DNA from: Octopus vulgaris
Lineage: Eukaryota
Assembly: GCA_951406725.2 (NCBI GenBank)
Contig: OX597816.1
Coordinates: forward strand, 150,908,001-150,972,000
DNA: 64,000 nucleotides
Direction of reading: 5' to 3'
This document shows, one piece after another, positions 62,563-64,000 of the stretch. Positions within the stretch are counted from its first letter, which is position 1. Each line of letters opens with the position of its first letter. Both the position numbers and the translations under genes were made by a program. Under the pieces are notes generated by a model. The model worked only from the letters and a program-made list of their open reading frames with translations. It was not told where the DNA came from and did not search any database.

Positions 62563-62650
62563 CCCTTCCAGCTGTTTCAATACAAGACCTTCAGGAAAAT
62601 TCATTAATAAAATTAAAAATTATTTGAAAGTCGAATCTCATCAGAGGTAG
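62563..62650 (-). ncRNA. Degenerate type-I hammerhead-like motif
   Basis: Minus strand reads tacct CTGATGA ga...tt GAAAC agct GG A agggat. Stem III would be palindromic, but U16.1 is replaced by G, so it is probably inactive. Confidence 0.35.
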
Positions 62651-62799
62651 TTTAAGATATACAAAATAGGTGTTCAATTCTTGCATGTTGAGTAAACGAC
62701 TATAGTTACCTTGCAGTTGAGTATTAACTGTATTGTTCAACATTCTATGTATAGGTAACTAACCAGTACTTTCATAGGATTTTGCTATATATATATTTA

Positions 62800-63072
62800 T
62801 GGCTGATGCCAGCTCCACCTTGACTGGCTTCCATGCCGGGGGGCAAGTAAAAAGTACCAATCAATCATGGCCGCTGCCGGCCTGTGCTGGTGGCACATAA
62901 AAAGCACCCACTACACACATGGAGTGGTTGGCGTTAAAAAGGGCATCCAGCTATAGAAACACTGCCAGATCAGACTGGAGCCTAGTGCAGCCTCCTGGCT
63001 TCCCAGACACCGGTTGAACTGTCCAACCCATGCTAGCATGGAAAACGGACGTTAAATGACGACGACGACGAC

Positions 63073-63126
<54 letters not shown>
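62800..63126 (+). mobile_element. RTE-3'UTR-type repeat with long (GAC/GAT)n tail
   Basis: Same sequence as 23460-23750. Confidence 0.85.
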
Positions 63127-64000
63127 ACACACACACACACACATAACCATTTACTTTATTTTGTGCAAAAGCCTCATAGTTTGCTTTTAAAAGCTCCAAT
63201 GCTTCTTGTCAGTTACCACATGTTAATTCCATCTCCCAGGGTAATCCAACGGCATGGGTATACGTGGAACTCCTTTCTGTTTAGAATTTCCATCCTTGTG
63301 TCATTATTGTTATATATATATATGAATGGTGCTGTGACACTGAATGACTAGACTAACTTAATTCTACTTAATGACTAGACTGCTTAATTCTGTTCTATAT
63401 TTAAGAAATGTTGTGTTAACAACAAACAAGATGAGGACAAATATCCGTCAAATGTAAATAATGTAAATATTGTAAATAATTTACTTAATTCTGTTTTCAA
63501 ATCTCAGCTATTGTTTTGTATCTCTGATACACAACCCTGTTTACTGCTGCAATCCTTGTTGAGGATACATTTTACTTACAGTTTACAATCAAATTGTCAG
63601 AAGTAGTGAGACATTTGGCTGTAAAATCATTGCTCTAACAATTTTGATATTCATTCCACCCATGCTACTATAAAACCAAAAAAAATATTAAAATTTGTTT
63701 TAGCCTTGTTTTATATGGCTTGGCTGAATTTTCAAATGTCAATATTTACATGAATTGTTCAAAAACATTTTACTTGCCTTTTCTTTTTATTTGAGAGAAA
63801 AATACATTTTTTGTGGGCCTTCTAAGCTTAGAAGAACAGAATTTTAAAATTTGAAATTTAGTATATTGAAGAAGACACAAAAGAACCAACTCATTGGAGT
63901 ACAGTCCCTATGATCAAGAAATTTCAGCCTGCTTTGATACTGTCATGTGTTTCTAATGAAAACAGATTCAACATTTATTTGTGTAAAGAGTTCATTACTA

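Overview
AT-rich, microsatellite- and transposon-dense animal genomic DNA. The SINE/LINE repertoire looks like an octopod cephalopod, which is an inference from repeat families. The host content is two divergently oriented class-3 aldehyde dehydrogenase (ALDH3 / fatty aldehyde dehydrogenase-like) paralogs. Gene A is on the minus strand: 9 coding exons from the ATG exon at 38920-38937 to an exon at 499-625, 334 codons, all GT-AG and phase-consistent, continuing off the left edge. Gene B is on the plus strand: a candidate ATG exon at 53862-53903 and a 144-bp exon at 61874-62017, continuing off the right edge. The rest is intronic or intergenic sequence. It holds RTE-clade LINEs (one near-intact 3' half with a PHD-like finger), R4/Dong-like and Hero-like RLE retrotransposon remnants, CR1-type tails, two tRNA-derived SINE families and an RTE-3'UTR-type repeat. 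It also holds mariner, Tc1 and Chapaev3-like DNA transposons, piggyBac/hAT MITEs, hairpin MITEs, a Helentron-like element and several Penelope-type minimal hammerhead-ribozyme-like motifs. No prokaryote-type systems such as CRISPR are present, and I found no clearly new system; the best leads are listed under findings.
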